Shown: piece by piece, positions 50,159-62,100 of the stretch | How the letters are laid out: every line of letters begins with the position of its first letter | Position numbering within the stretch: position 1 is the first letter of the stretch | NCBI GenBank assembly: GCA_964019335.1 | Contig: OZ025651.1 | Coordinates: 434,001 to 498,000, forward strand | From: Diplonema japonicum | Lineage: Eukaryota > Protista > Euglenozoa: Diplonemea | Length of the DNA stretch: 64,000 nucleotides | Direction: 5' to 3' | Program-made: the position numbers and the translations under genes | The notes under the pieces: generated by a model | Seen by the model: only the letters and a program-made list of their open reading frames with translations | The model's database searches: none | What the model was told of the DNA's origin: nothing

Positions 50159-53100
50159 CTAATATCTTTTAGTGTAGGCAGAAGGGTAGGCGGTAGAAAT
50201 GGACGACTGCCGCAATGACGGCGTTCGCAGAGAAGAACGCTGAGGCGAAATATCATGAGAAAGGTCAGCAATCTCAAAAGCCGAGGCAGAGACGCTGAGG
50301 CGGGCCGTGCGAAGATGCTCATTCTGCCTTGTGATGACCATTTGCGCACCTTCTACATCCTGAACAAGCTTCTCGAGGATGGTATTGAGCACAGCTAGCA
50401 CAGTTTCAAGTGTCACAATATCCTTCTCATAATGCGTCGGGCTAGGTGGTGCTTCGAGTACCGGTGCGTACTTTGACACAAGAGATTTTAACTTCCTGGT
50501 CATAGCCCCGTGTGTTTCAGCTTCTTTTTTCACGTTGTTGATAAGGGTGTTCATCTCCATCAAGTCTGGTATGCCACCTGGGCCTGAAGCGCTGTCACAC
50601 CCAGGAGGCGAAAGACCCCTCCATGCAAGCATTATGAGTCCAGTTAGGTCGTTGATTTCCTGTTCCAAAGCGTTTGTTTCCCTTCGAGGGATGACAGCTT
50701 CGGGGCTCACGCTTTGCATGTGCATGCGTCGTAGTGACTCTACCTCTTCTCTGTATGTATTCTCTCTCTGTCTTGCTGCGTCGACCTCACCTCGCGTTAC
50801 GCTTAGAGATCTTTCTGTCTCTTTTAACTTGGCGTGGAGGACGGCTGTATCCCTCACCACGTCGTCGCCCGCCATGACAACGTCCCCCCTCAGCCTCTCC
50901 ACGTCCTCCGTCAGCTCTGCAATCAATCTCTTCTTCGCTGCCACCTCCTCCATCGCCGTCACCACGTATTCCAAGATCCTCGTGTGGTCGTCTCTTAGTC
51001 TTACTGTCTTCCTTGCTGCTCTCAAGCCGTTTCTCTCAGGCGACCCTTCTGTTGTAATTAGTGATTCCTCTTCAGGCTGTGCCAAGGCACCCTCCAGACA
51101 TTCGCGTACTACCTTGATCTCCCATGCCTCTACAAGTGCACCTCCTTCGGCACGCCTTCGTAGTGCCGTCAGCCTCTGCAGTGCTTTTTGATGCGCGATG
51201 TCGTCTGTAATAGGTATCTCGCAGAGCTCCACTAATGTCAGGCGTGGAATGGTGCGAAGCTTCTCTGCGTCTGTCAGGTTCTTCACGAGGTTGGATGCGT
51301 AGACGCTCTTTGAGCTGATGCTATGCACACCTGCACACAGCGCAGCAGCGATAGCCTGCAACTGCCACTTCTCGGCTGTCTTGTCTCGCTGAACAGAAGC
51401 AAGCCTCTCACCTGTCTTCCTCAAGCAGTTCTGCAAGATCGGCACATCATACAACACAGAGGCGCTGCTGCGGGCATCATCCCTAAGCTGCTGGATGACC
51501 TCCATGGGGACAACCTTGTTGCTGCTGAGCATGCGCAGGGCACGTATGATGTTGTGCGGGGCGTGGGGCGGGGTAAGCAGAGCTGCCTCGAGGATGAACG
51601 AAGACGCACTAGCTGCCCACGGCTCCTCAAGATGCGACAGTCTCCGACCCAGTGACTTCGCGATGTCGGCAGCACCACTTGGAAGGTCGTCTTTGCAATT
51701 TCGGAGAAGTGCGACGACTTCTGGTGTTGTGGAGCCCTGCGACAGGGCAAAGAGTGCGGGGTGGAGATACTCACCACGCTGGACTCTTTGCGAAGCTGTG
51801 CGGAGGGCGGAACGCGTACTTGCTTCCACTGCTTGCGCAGCAGCCCTGTCGAAGGCCTCTTTCAGCAATCTGGGCGCATCCCAGCCGATGCCGTTGCGCT
51901 TCGATGCTTTCAAGACGTCCATCATGACAGATGACGCAGGGTCCAACGCTAGTAGCACTTCGCCATACTCTGCTGCTAGCGACGCCGACTCGCTATCGTG
52001 GTGCGCTCTGCTCAGGATGGGGTCGTCTGTGTCCAACCCTGACGGCTGCTTCGAGGCCAAGGCTTCCAAAGCTGAATACAGTTCCCATCCGTGTTCTTTG
52101 ATAGCAGAGGCAACCGCTGTGATCATGGAGGGGTCGCGCTTATGATGCTTAGCAGCACCACGGATGCATGAAGCAGCTCCGTGCATCCCTGCTGCCCTTA
52201 GCGCGTCCTCGATCACTATCCAGTTAGGTAGGATGCCGCGCTGCATGCCGTCCACGGCACCTTCCAGCAAATCGTACATTTCCTTCTCTTTGCCGCCCTG
52301 CTTGCTCACGATGTCTGACAATCCCAATGCTTCGCCGATGGCTGCTATCATACCCGGATCGGGTTGGTCACCGCGGGCCATTCTCCTGTGGAGTGACCCA
52401 AGCCGCTCGCCGCATGTTTCCAATGCCTGTCGATATTTGATATTATTGTTGTGAATGCATACCTTTCGCTCGGCATCAGCATTAACGGTGGCTGCTGTGT
52501 CGCGTATATTGCTCCTGAGCTTCCCCATCTCATGCGCGTTGGCGGGGTCCACTGCAAGCACTGCCTTGGCAAACCGCTCCCTCGCCGTCATGACAGGCGC
52601 AGTGACGACAAGTGTACCGTTCAGCACGGCAGGCATATTGGCTGCGATGGTCCCCACGGTGACGTCGGTGCCTTCAAGCTCATCGTTCAACGCGCGTGCC
52701 TGTGCCTCCCAGTGCGAGGCAGACGCACGGGCCTTGTTGAGATCAGCTTCCAGAATTGTTACCGTGTTCAGCAAGCTGTTCTTGTTTTCATCATTGGCTT
52801 GCATGAGCTGCAGCTGCTGCACTTGCTGCGACTGCTCAAGCTTCATCTGAAGCTCTTGCAAGCCAGTAGCTAGCTCTGCAGCGTTCGCTTCGTGCATTGA
52901 AGCCATCATGCCTGACCGCTCTGCTTCGTGCGCTTCGTTAGTGAGTGTTGAAGCCAGATCACGGTTCTCCCCTTCAAGTCTTGCAACTATTGCTTGCAGG
53001 GTGCTGACTTCATCTTCCAGTTGTTTGACCTGCGTCTCGTTGCCCCTGCTCGCCTCTGTGGCGGCCAGCGTGTCCTCCTGACATTTCTTGCGAATCTCTT

Positions 53101-56100
53101 GGTCCCTTCCGGCTCTAGCTTCATACTGCGCTATCAGCCTTGACGCTTTTGAGAGCTCTTCCTCCAAAGAGGGCAGTGCTGCTGACTCCCTCAGAGCTGC
53201 GTTGAGGTCAACCCTGAGCTTAGCGTTTTCCTTCCGTCTGGCCGCTTCCACTTCCTCCGCCTCGATGAGTCTGTTCTGCATGTCCGCAACCTGCAGCTTG
53301 AGGTCTCGCACTTCGCCAACAGCGGTCTGTGCCTCATGGAGCTGTGCCTCAGTTTCTTGGTGTTTTGCAGACGCTGCCATCATTTGCTGCAGTGCCGCAG
53401 CTGCCTTCTCGTCTGAAGCATCGGTCCGCTTCTCGATCACCTCCACCCTTCTGTGTTGCTCCTGAAGCGCTTTCTCAAGCATGTCGACGTTCATCTCACT
53501 CTGCTCCTGTTTCCGCCGCAGCTCGTCGCACTCAGCCTCCGTGCGCATGAGAGTCCCTTGGATGCTACCGCACTCTGCCTCGTAGCCCCTGCACCGTGTC
53601 TTTGCCTCGTTGAGCTCGTTTAGCGTGGCTTCCAACTTCTTGTCAGTCTCTTGCAGCTGCATCTCGTATTCTTTGATCTGCTGCTTGGAGGTAAGCAAGT
53701 GCTCTTCAGTCTGCACTCTCACGTTTTCCAGGCCACTGATTTGCCCTTCCGACTGCTCCTGACGTCTCTTCGCCTCGTTCAGTTTCAGCTTCAACTCGTT
53801 CGAGGCCGCAGCTTCACCGTGTGCAACAAGGAGTTCGTCCTCTGTTTGCTTCAGTCTGTTCTCCAACCTCGACACCTGCCCACGCAGCTCAGCCTCCACA
53901 CCCTCGATATTGGACAGTTTTCGTGTGATGTCAGCTAGTTGTTGCTTCGTGTTTGTTAGCTCGAAAGTGCTCTTGCGCAGCTCTGTAGCTTCTCCCTGCG
54001 ACCCTTGTAGAATTCTCTTGAGGTCTTGCATTTCAGCAGACATTTCATCGGTGATCTTTTCTGCGCCCCTAGCACGCCTCCTCGAGTCCTCGGCCAGTTG
54101 CTCGGTAGACACAAGCTTCTTCTCTGCAGTCTCGCACCGCCTTCGAGATTCCTCCCTTCCTTTCTCCAATGCAAGAACCCTTTGTTGGAAGTCGCTATTT
54201 TCAGTTTCCAGCGACCGCAGCTTTTCAGTCGCGTCAGTTGCCTCGCGGTTGCTGACGTCTGCCTCACGCTGTGCCATCCGGAGTTTCTGCTCCTGATCCT
54301 TCAGTTGGTCTTTGCAGCCCGCCAGTTCCATTTCCAGCCTGAGGTTCTCCTCGTGCATGTGCTGTAATTTTTCTTCAAGATCAGTTGTCTTCAACATCAT
54401 GTCAGAAAGCTTGCCTTTCACATCTTCTGCCTGTGACAGGCTGCGCCGCAGGTCAGACAGGGCAGCTTCGTTCTTTTGGTTGGCAAGTTTGAGCTCCTCT
54501 TCGCTGTCTTCCGAAAGAGCCAAGCGCCTTTGTAGGTCACCGAGCTGCTGCCGCATGCCAGTCATGTCGATCACAGCCGTGCGCAGCTCCTCAAGCTCGC
54601 CCTCTGCACGCTCCAGTTCCGCCTTGTCGCGTGCTGCTACTGTCTGCGAATCATCAGCTTCCTCTTCCGCTATCTTTAGTAGCCTTTTGAAATCTTCAAG
54701 TTCAGCTTGTAGAGACTTAACCTGATGCTGCGACAGGCCTAGCTTCCGCCTCGCTTCTTCCCGGAGGTTCTCAGCATTCAATACCCGTTCATGGAGGTCG
54801 CCCTTTTCGGAGTCACAAATCTTGAGCCTGTTTCTCCCTTCCTCGATTTCTCTCTCGAGCAGCTCGACCCTCCTAGCTGCGTCCCGAGCCCTATGCTCCG
54901 CCACGAGAGCATTATCACGTGCTGCTGCCAGCTCATTTTCCACATGCTTCCTGGCATTCTCCGCCAGCTCGATCGCTTCTTCGCTGTCGTCGAGCCGCTT
55001 GCTCACCTCAACCATTCTGCTGCGGAGATCCTCAGCACCGGCTGCAACACGTGATGTATGCGCCAGCTCCATTTCGAGTTGCCGGACCTGGTCCCTCAGG
55101 TCTGATTCTGTATCCTGCAATAAAACAAGAGTCTGCTGAGTGGCTGCAAGCTGCTCCTTAGAGCCGCCACTACCGAGGTTCTTGCGTAATTCCTCAAGCT
55201 CAGCCTCCGCTCTGTGCAGGCGCGTCCTGCTTTCCGTCTCTTCCTGTAGTAACCTTTCCTCCAGGTCGTCAGCGCGTTCCTCGGCATCTACCGCACGGCG
55301 CTTCACGTCTGCTAGCTCGGAGTCCACAGACTTCAGCTTGTACTTCAAACTGTCATGCCTCCGTTGAGACTCGGCTAACTCCGTCTCCGCCGTGAGTAGA
55401 CGGTCGCTCATCTCCGCTCTCTCCGCTTCTGTGATGCGCTGTCTATTCCGTGTCTCTTCCACGTCGCGCAAGGAGGCATCAGCCCTTCGCAGTGCATCAG
55501 ACCTCTCAACGTCTGCCTTGCGTGCTCGCTCGGCTAGGTCCTCAAGGCCCCGTGCTTTGGCTTGCTGCGATTCAAAGTCCTGCTGCAGCTTGTTGAGTTG
55601 TCTAAGAAGGCTCTGCTTGTCGTTCTCGTGGGTGTGCATTAGGCCCTCAAGCTCCCATTTGTCCTTCTCAAGCTCCCTGCTGTTTTCCCGTGCTTGGTGT
55701 GCTTCTGATTGAGCTGCCGCGAGCCTTTCGGCAAGCCGTCTCACTTCCATGCTCAGCTCGTTAGCTGCATTCTGGTCGTGGAGTCTCTCACTGGAAAGCC
55801 GCTCAGCATCAGCAGCACGGTCCTCTGCAGACTGCAAGAGGCGCATAACTTTCTCGTGCTGTAGTTCCAGCTGCCTGCATGTCCTCTCGACAGCTTCCGA
55901 TCGGCGCTTTGCTTCATCCCTTTCAGCCTCACATGTCCACTGCTGCGTCTCCGCCAGCTCAGCACGTCTCTTGGCATCGTGCAGCTCTGCTTCCAGAAGC
56001 TTCAACCTTGTCTTGCTTTCACTTGCTTCTGTCCTGGCTTTTTGTAAATCAGACACTACAAAGTCCTGCTGCCTCTCAGCATCATCGGTGCGACTCAGGG

Positions 56101-59100
56101 CGTCCATGTAATCTGTTTCGCAGTTCCTGAGTTTTGCCTCTGTTGCCTCCGCTCTGCGCAGTGCTTCGTTCCGTTCTGCTTCCTGTCGCTGCAACCTGTA
56201 GGCAAGCGCATTGTGGTCAGCTTCAAGGTTGCGGCACTTCTCTTTCAGGGACTGGGCCTCGCGTATGGAGGAGTCTGCCTTTCGCTGTGCAGCCGCTTCT
56301 TTTTCGATCAGCTTCTCTTCAAAGTCCCGTTTCTCGTCATCGACTTCCCTCAACTTGCTGCGTACCGTCTCTGCCTCCACCTGCAGCCTGTCGACTGTCT
56401 GCGAAAGCATCTTGATCTCGTTCTGGCTACTGCGCAGTTTCCCCTCCACATCCCACCTGGCGGTCTCTGCCCGTTGCTGCGCCGTGCGTGCGTCTTGTAG
56501 CTCATTATTGGCTACTGCTAGCTTATCGGCAAGGCGCGTGATTTCGATGTTCATGTCCCCAGTTGTGACCTGGTGCCCTCGCAGTCTGCTGCTGGCCAGT
56601 CGTTCCGCATCAGCAAGTTGCTCTTCTGCTGTTGCAAGCATAGAACGGTATTTCCCCGTCTCGGCTGCACAGGTGTCCAGCTCCTTCTTCAGTCGGCTGT
56701 TTTCGCGCTCAGAATCGGCGAGCTTACTCTCGAGAGCATCGAAGCCCGACTGCAACCTCCGTTTCCCGTTCTTGTCCCAGGAGTAGGGCTGGGCAATATC
56801 ACGGGGTGCGAAGTAATTTGTGGCAATCTTGCTGAAGAGGGAAAGAGCCTCAGATATGGCTGGCGAGGTGTTGGTGTCGCAGAGGAGAGCGGCGTCCGTG
56901 GCCCGAGTGATGGTGCTTCGGAGGCGTGCAAGGTCGCTGCGGGCTTGGGGGAGGTCCTCAGCCAGCAAACCACACGTGTCGCTCAGCACCAGTAGGTCAC
57001 TGATGCTGGACGCAGTTGTTAGCGCCACCACGAGCTCGCACACGAAGGCCGCAAGGTCGCCCTCACCTTCGCTGTATGGCGACGAACCTCCCTCCGCCCT
57101 TTGTTGCATCATGGTGAGCACGCTGGACAGCGCCGGATCGTGGAAGTTCATCGCATGCATAATTGCAGTCTTAAAGTTATCTGGAACACAAGACGGGCGC
57201 CCTGCAAGCTCCGACACAGCGTTCTCAAGGTCCACCATGTTCTCGTGAAACCTCACCGATCCCTCGCCCCTGTCCCCCAGCGACAGCGTCGTGATATTAT
57301 TACTTAAGGGACCTGCGATGGGCCGCACCTCCTGGGAAATGTCTTCTCCATCTTTGTCACTGTTCTCCAAGAGGCCCACAACAGCTTTTTGTGCTCTGCT
57401 GATGTAACCAGCAGCATCAGGGTAGGCGTCCTTCACGATGTGGGCGAGGTTGTACCACTCTGCCAAGTGTGTCCTCACATCTTGACCAGTCATTTCTGTA
57501 ATTCCGTCTAGTTTCTTGGAAAGATCTGCTGGGTTCGGGTCGCTTGTCAGCTCCACGGTTCGTCGAAGTCCTCTTGCAATGCCCAAAAGAGCCTGGTCCT
57601 TTTCGTTCCGCCTTATGAAACGTGGGGGGCTGGTCGCTGCACCCATGAGCCTGCCGTGGCTGGCTAGGTTGCCGAGCTCGTGGTCAGCGAAGTTGAGGAG
57701 TGCTTCGAGTTTATGTGTCGCCCTGCTTCTAGTCTCGGCACGGACTTCGGCATCTCGCATGCTGTGCAAGGTGTCTGCTAGCTGCTTGTCAAGGTCTGAT
57801 ATCTTCTGTGCTGCTTCTGCCTCCCTTTTGGAAGCGAGCTCGTTATCTGTTTCTGAAGCAGCTAACTGGTTCTTCAGCTTGGCAATGTCCGCCTTAAGAG
57901 CTTCTGTGATGGCGTCACTTCGCTCGGTGGTGCGGTGCGCACGATGCTGTTGTTTCTCGTACTGTTCAAGGTTCGCCTTCAGCTCGCTTATTTGTCTTTT
58001 TGCGTCATCGTTGGAACGCAGCAAGCCTTCGTTGCGGTCTTGCACCGCCTCGCACTGCCTCTGCAACCTGTCACGTTCTGAAGATGCCTCGCGCTGCTGC
58101 AGCACAAGTGCTTTGCTTGATCGCTCTTCTTCCTCTTCAATTTGCTTCCGGAGCTTAAACACTTGTGTTTCAATTGCATGCATCTCGTTGTCTTTCTGTT
58201 TGCTCTTCACATCAGCTGCTGCCAGCGAATCATTCGAGTCGCTCAGCTCTGCCCTCAGTTTTGCTTCTGCAGCACGTGCGGCGGCTTCCAGTTTTTCAGC
58301 ATGTTTCAAAGCAGCGCTTGCGCCCTCTTCGTTGCTCTTCTGCTCATTTTCCAATTGTTGTCTGAGATCAGCAAGTTCGTGTTCGAGTATCACTTTCGCT
58401 GCCGACAGGTGCTTCTTCTCGTCGGTGTGTTTGCGCTCCGTCGACTGCTGCTCTAGCACAAGGCGAGAATTAATTGATTCAAGCCCTTCCAGCTTCGACC
58501 GCTCTTCCTCGAGGAGGGACATGTACTTTGCTGTTTCCCTCTTCAAACGATCCACTTCACCGCGGGAATCACAGCTCCTGCGGGCGATGGCAGCCAAGCT
58601 GTTCCCCAGGCGCCCAGTTGCCGGGATGTCAAGAGCCTTACTGGGTGCTGTGATGATGGTGTCAGCCACATCTGCGCTCTCCGTAAGCTGCGATTGGAGG
58701 CTGTCTATCTCACGTTGCAGCTTTGCGACTCTTTCTGCGTTGCTGTCAGCTCGCTTCGAAACGTCATCCAGCTGTCGGTTCGCAATACGTGCTGTCTCTT
58801 TTGCCCTCCTGGCCTCATCTTCAGCTTCGCGAAGCCTGCGGTCAGCATCCCTCAGCTCACCTTGCCTTCCGTCGTTTTTCCTCAATGCCATTACTTCGTT
58901 CTGCATTTTGTCGCCTTTCTCGATGTGCTCCTTCACCGCAGCACGCACACTGTCAAGCTCGTCCTCCAACCCTTTTCGCACACCTTCGGCGCCGTGCTTG
59001 CTCCTCTCGAGCTCTCGTTCTTTGTCACGTATCCTGGCCTCGGCACTCCTGCAGTCCTGTTGCAGTGCGCTCACCTGGTCATAAAGGTCAGATTTCTCTT

Positions 59101-62100
59101 CCTGGACTTGATAATTCTGCTCCTCCAAGGAAAGCACCTGATCTTGTAAGATGCGCTTGGCTGACTTCTCTTTCCGAAGCTCCTCGCTGACACCCATCAT
59201 CTCAGTCTCTTTTTGGTTCATCGCATCGCCGTGTGCTGCCACAGCATTGTCCAGCTCCTTGCGCAGCTCGCTCAGCCTGGACTGGAGCTCGGCGACTTGT
59301 GACTTGTGTCTATCGCTCTCTTGTTGAGCCGCTGCAAGCAGCGTTTGCGCATTCTCCAAATCTACCTTCATCTTTGACCTCTCTGCCGCCTCTGCTACGA
59401 GGCTCTCGTTCGCTTCACGCTTCGAAACAACTTCTGCTGCCAGTCGGTTCGACACACGTGTTGCCTCGTCCTTTGCCAGCGTGAGCTGCCTGTCAAAGGT
59501 GTTGCGTTGCTCATCGCTCTCTGTTTGTAACGACCACAGCTTCCGCTCGAGTTCACGCTCCTTAGCCACGGCGCTGCGTGCCTCATCTTGCATGCGCGCT
59601 GCATCCTGCTCCAAGTCAGAAACAAGGCGCTGTAGTTTGGTGGTTTCATCATCCAAAGCCTTTGCCTTGCTTTCAACAGCCAATCGAGACCTTCGCTCTT
59701 TGTTCTGCGCCTCTGTAGCGTCAAGCTCCTTTTGGTGCGCGTCGTCAATTTTGTTCTGTGCTTGCGCCCTGATGTCGTCTATCTCTTTCCTCGCGGTCTC
59801 AGCGTCGTGCGAGAAGCGCATAGCACGCTCTTCAGCAGCTGCAGCACGTGAGTCAGCAAGCTTGGCACGTTCCAGCTGTCGCTCTGAGGCCGCCACAGCA
59901 TTTGTGGTCTCGAGCTCTGTCACCCGCTTGGCCTCGTGTGCTGCCTCCAGTGCTCGTTGATGTTCACCAGCACGTGCTCGCCACTGCTCAACTTCACTGG
60001 TTGATTTGAGAAGATCTGTCCGCAGCCTTTCGTTCACCCTCGAGGACTCTGCCAGCTCGGACGCTAAAGTGGTCAGACGCGACTCACTATCGCCGAGTTC
60101 TTGCGTCATTTTCTTCTGCAATGCCTCGTAGCTTGTACGTGCCTTCTCCATCTCAACTTCGAGGTCTCGTTGCCTTGACTCCGCTGCTTTACGTATATCA
60201 TCAGCGGTGGTACTGAGCTGCCTGCCCCTGTCCTCGGCCGCTTCGGCTGCTGATTTACCATCACGCTTTGCAGCCTCGAGGTTCTCTTTCAACTGTATGA
60301 TTTCTTCTTTTGCATTGTCGTTTTGTCTCTGCAGTTTGTCCACCGTCCGCAGGGCTAGTGCTGCTTCGTCGGCGCACCGGTTTGCCTCGTTCATAGACTC
60401 ACGCAACTTTCGCTCGTCGCTCTCAGTTCGTGTTCCTGCAGCTGACAGCTGCTTCAGGGCGTCGTCGAGGCGCTGCTTAAGATTGTCGCTCTCGGCTTCG
60501 CATTTGTTCAGATCCCCTGCAGCGTCGGAAGCATCCTTCCGCAGCTTGTTCGCTAAGCGTGTCTTGTTCTCTATCTCTTCGTTGAGCAGCGACAGCTCGT
60601 GTTCAAACTTCTTACGGTCCCGTTGCGCGTCCTCGGCATCCCTTGCCGCAGCGTCACGTGTTTCGCTCACAGCCCGCTGTTCACCTGAGAGCACTTGCTC
60701 CAGCTCCCTGACTCTGCTCAGTGCCCCAGCGAGTTCCACCTCCTTGGATGCAGCTCCCATTGCGGCGTCGTCCATTTTTGATCTCAGCTTATCGCGATCA
60801 AGCTCGCATTCCCCCAACCGCTTTTTTGTTTGGGCCAGCTCCGTGCTCAGTGAGGACAAAGGCTTCATAGACTCCACTCTTGACAGCTCTGCTTGCCTTT
60901 CTCGCTCTTCCGCCTTTTCAAGGCTGGCTTTCAGCCCTCTATTTTCCTCCTCCATCTGCGCCCTGTCCTTGTTGCTTACCCCCTCTAATCGGTGCTGCTT
61001 CTCGATCTGAGACCGCAAATCGTTTTCAAGCCTCGTTTTCTCTGCCTTGTGGCGGGTCAGCTGCTCTTGCAACTCGTTGTGCTTCCTCTCCCAGTCACCG
61101 ACTGCTCTTCGTTGTGTGTCCATCTCGTCATCTAACTTGCGCCTCTCTTCCGCACTGTCCTGCACAGTACCCTTTAGCCGTTTGATTTCTGCTTCCAAAT
61201 TGTTCACATCGCGTGTCTTGCCAGCACCGCCACGTTCGGCTTCACGCAATTCTGACTGCAGCGAATCCCTCTCTAAAATCAATCCCTCTTCCTGCTTCTT
61301 TAGGGTTGTGATGCGTCGTTCCAAGTCTGTGTTCATCATGGTGAGCCTTCTGCACTCACCTTGTGCTCCGTTGAGCTGATGCAGAGTGGACTCAAGCTGG
61401 CTCAACGCCGCACGTTCACGCTCGTCAGCATTCTGCAGGGCTTCCGTGCTTTGGACCTTTCCTTCGGCCAACTCATCTTCTAAGTTGCGTAGCCTCTGCT
61501 TTGCAGCGTCGAGGTCCCTGCGCGCGGTGTCCCTCTCGTTCTCAATGCTGCGCAGCTTGCGTGTGTGCTCAGAGGTAGCTGAGATCCCGTCTTGCTCCAC
61601 CCTGCGCTTGGTATCGCGCTCGTTTTCCAACTGCTCTTTTTGTTCTGCCAGCTTTGCTTCCAGCTCTGTCCACCTTTGTTTGTCACTCAGACCACCTGCC
61701 AGCGATGCTTCGAGCTCTTTCTGAAGCTTCTGCTTCTGCCTATCAGCTGCGTCTGTCAAAGCTTGCAACTCGCTCCGTTCTGAGTTGAGTTTCTGCTCCA
61801 ACTCGTTGACTTTTTCACGGCACTTGCGGTCTGAGTCGTCCTGCTCTTGCTGGCGCTGTCTCTCCCAGTCGATTTCCTTCCTCTTAAGGTCACGCTCATG
61901 CTGCAGTTGTAGTTGTTTGAGCTCTTCATCGCTGGCATCTTTGGCACGTTTCAACCTGTCTTCTGCAGCGTCAAGCTTTCTGTTGTATAGGTCGTCTTTG
62001 TGCTGCAAGCTGCGCTCCGCCTCCTCGTTATCTTTTTTGCGTGCGCTTTTCTCGCTTGCCAGCTTATCCTCTGCAGCCTCCACCTTCCCTTGGAGTTCCG

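Noticed and set aside
1231-50161. Stop-codon reassignment as the cause of broken ORFs
   Set aside because: TAA, TAG and TGA all terminate conserved genes at plausible positions; introns explain the host-gene breaks and indels the retroposon breaks.
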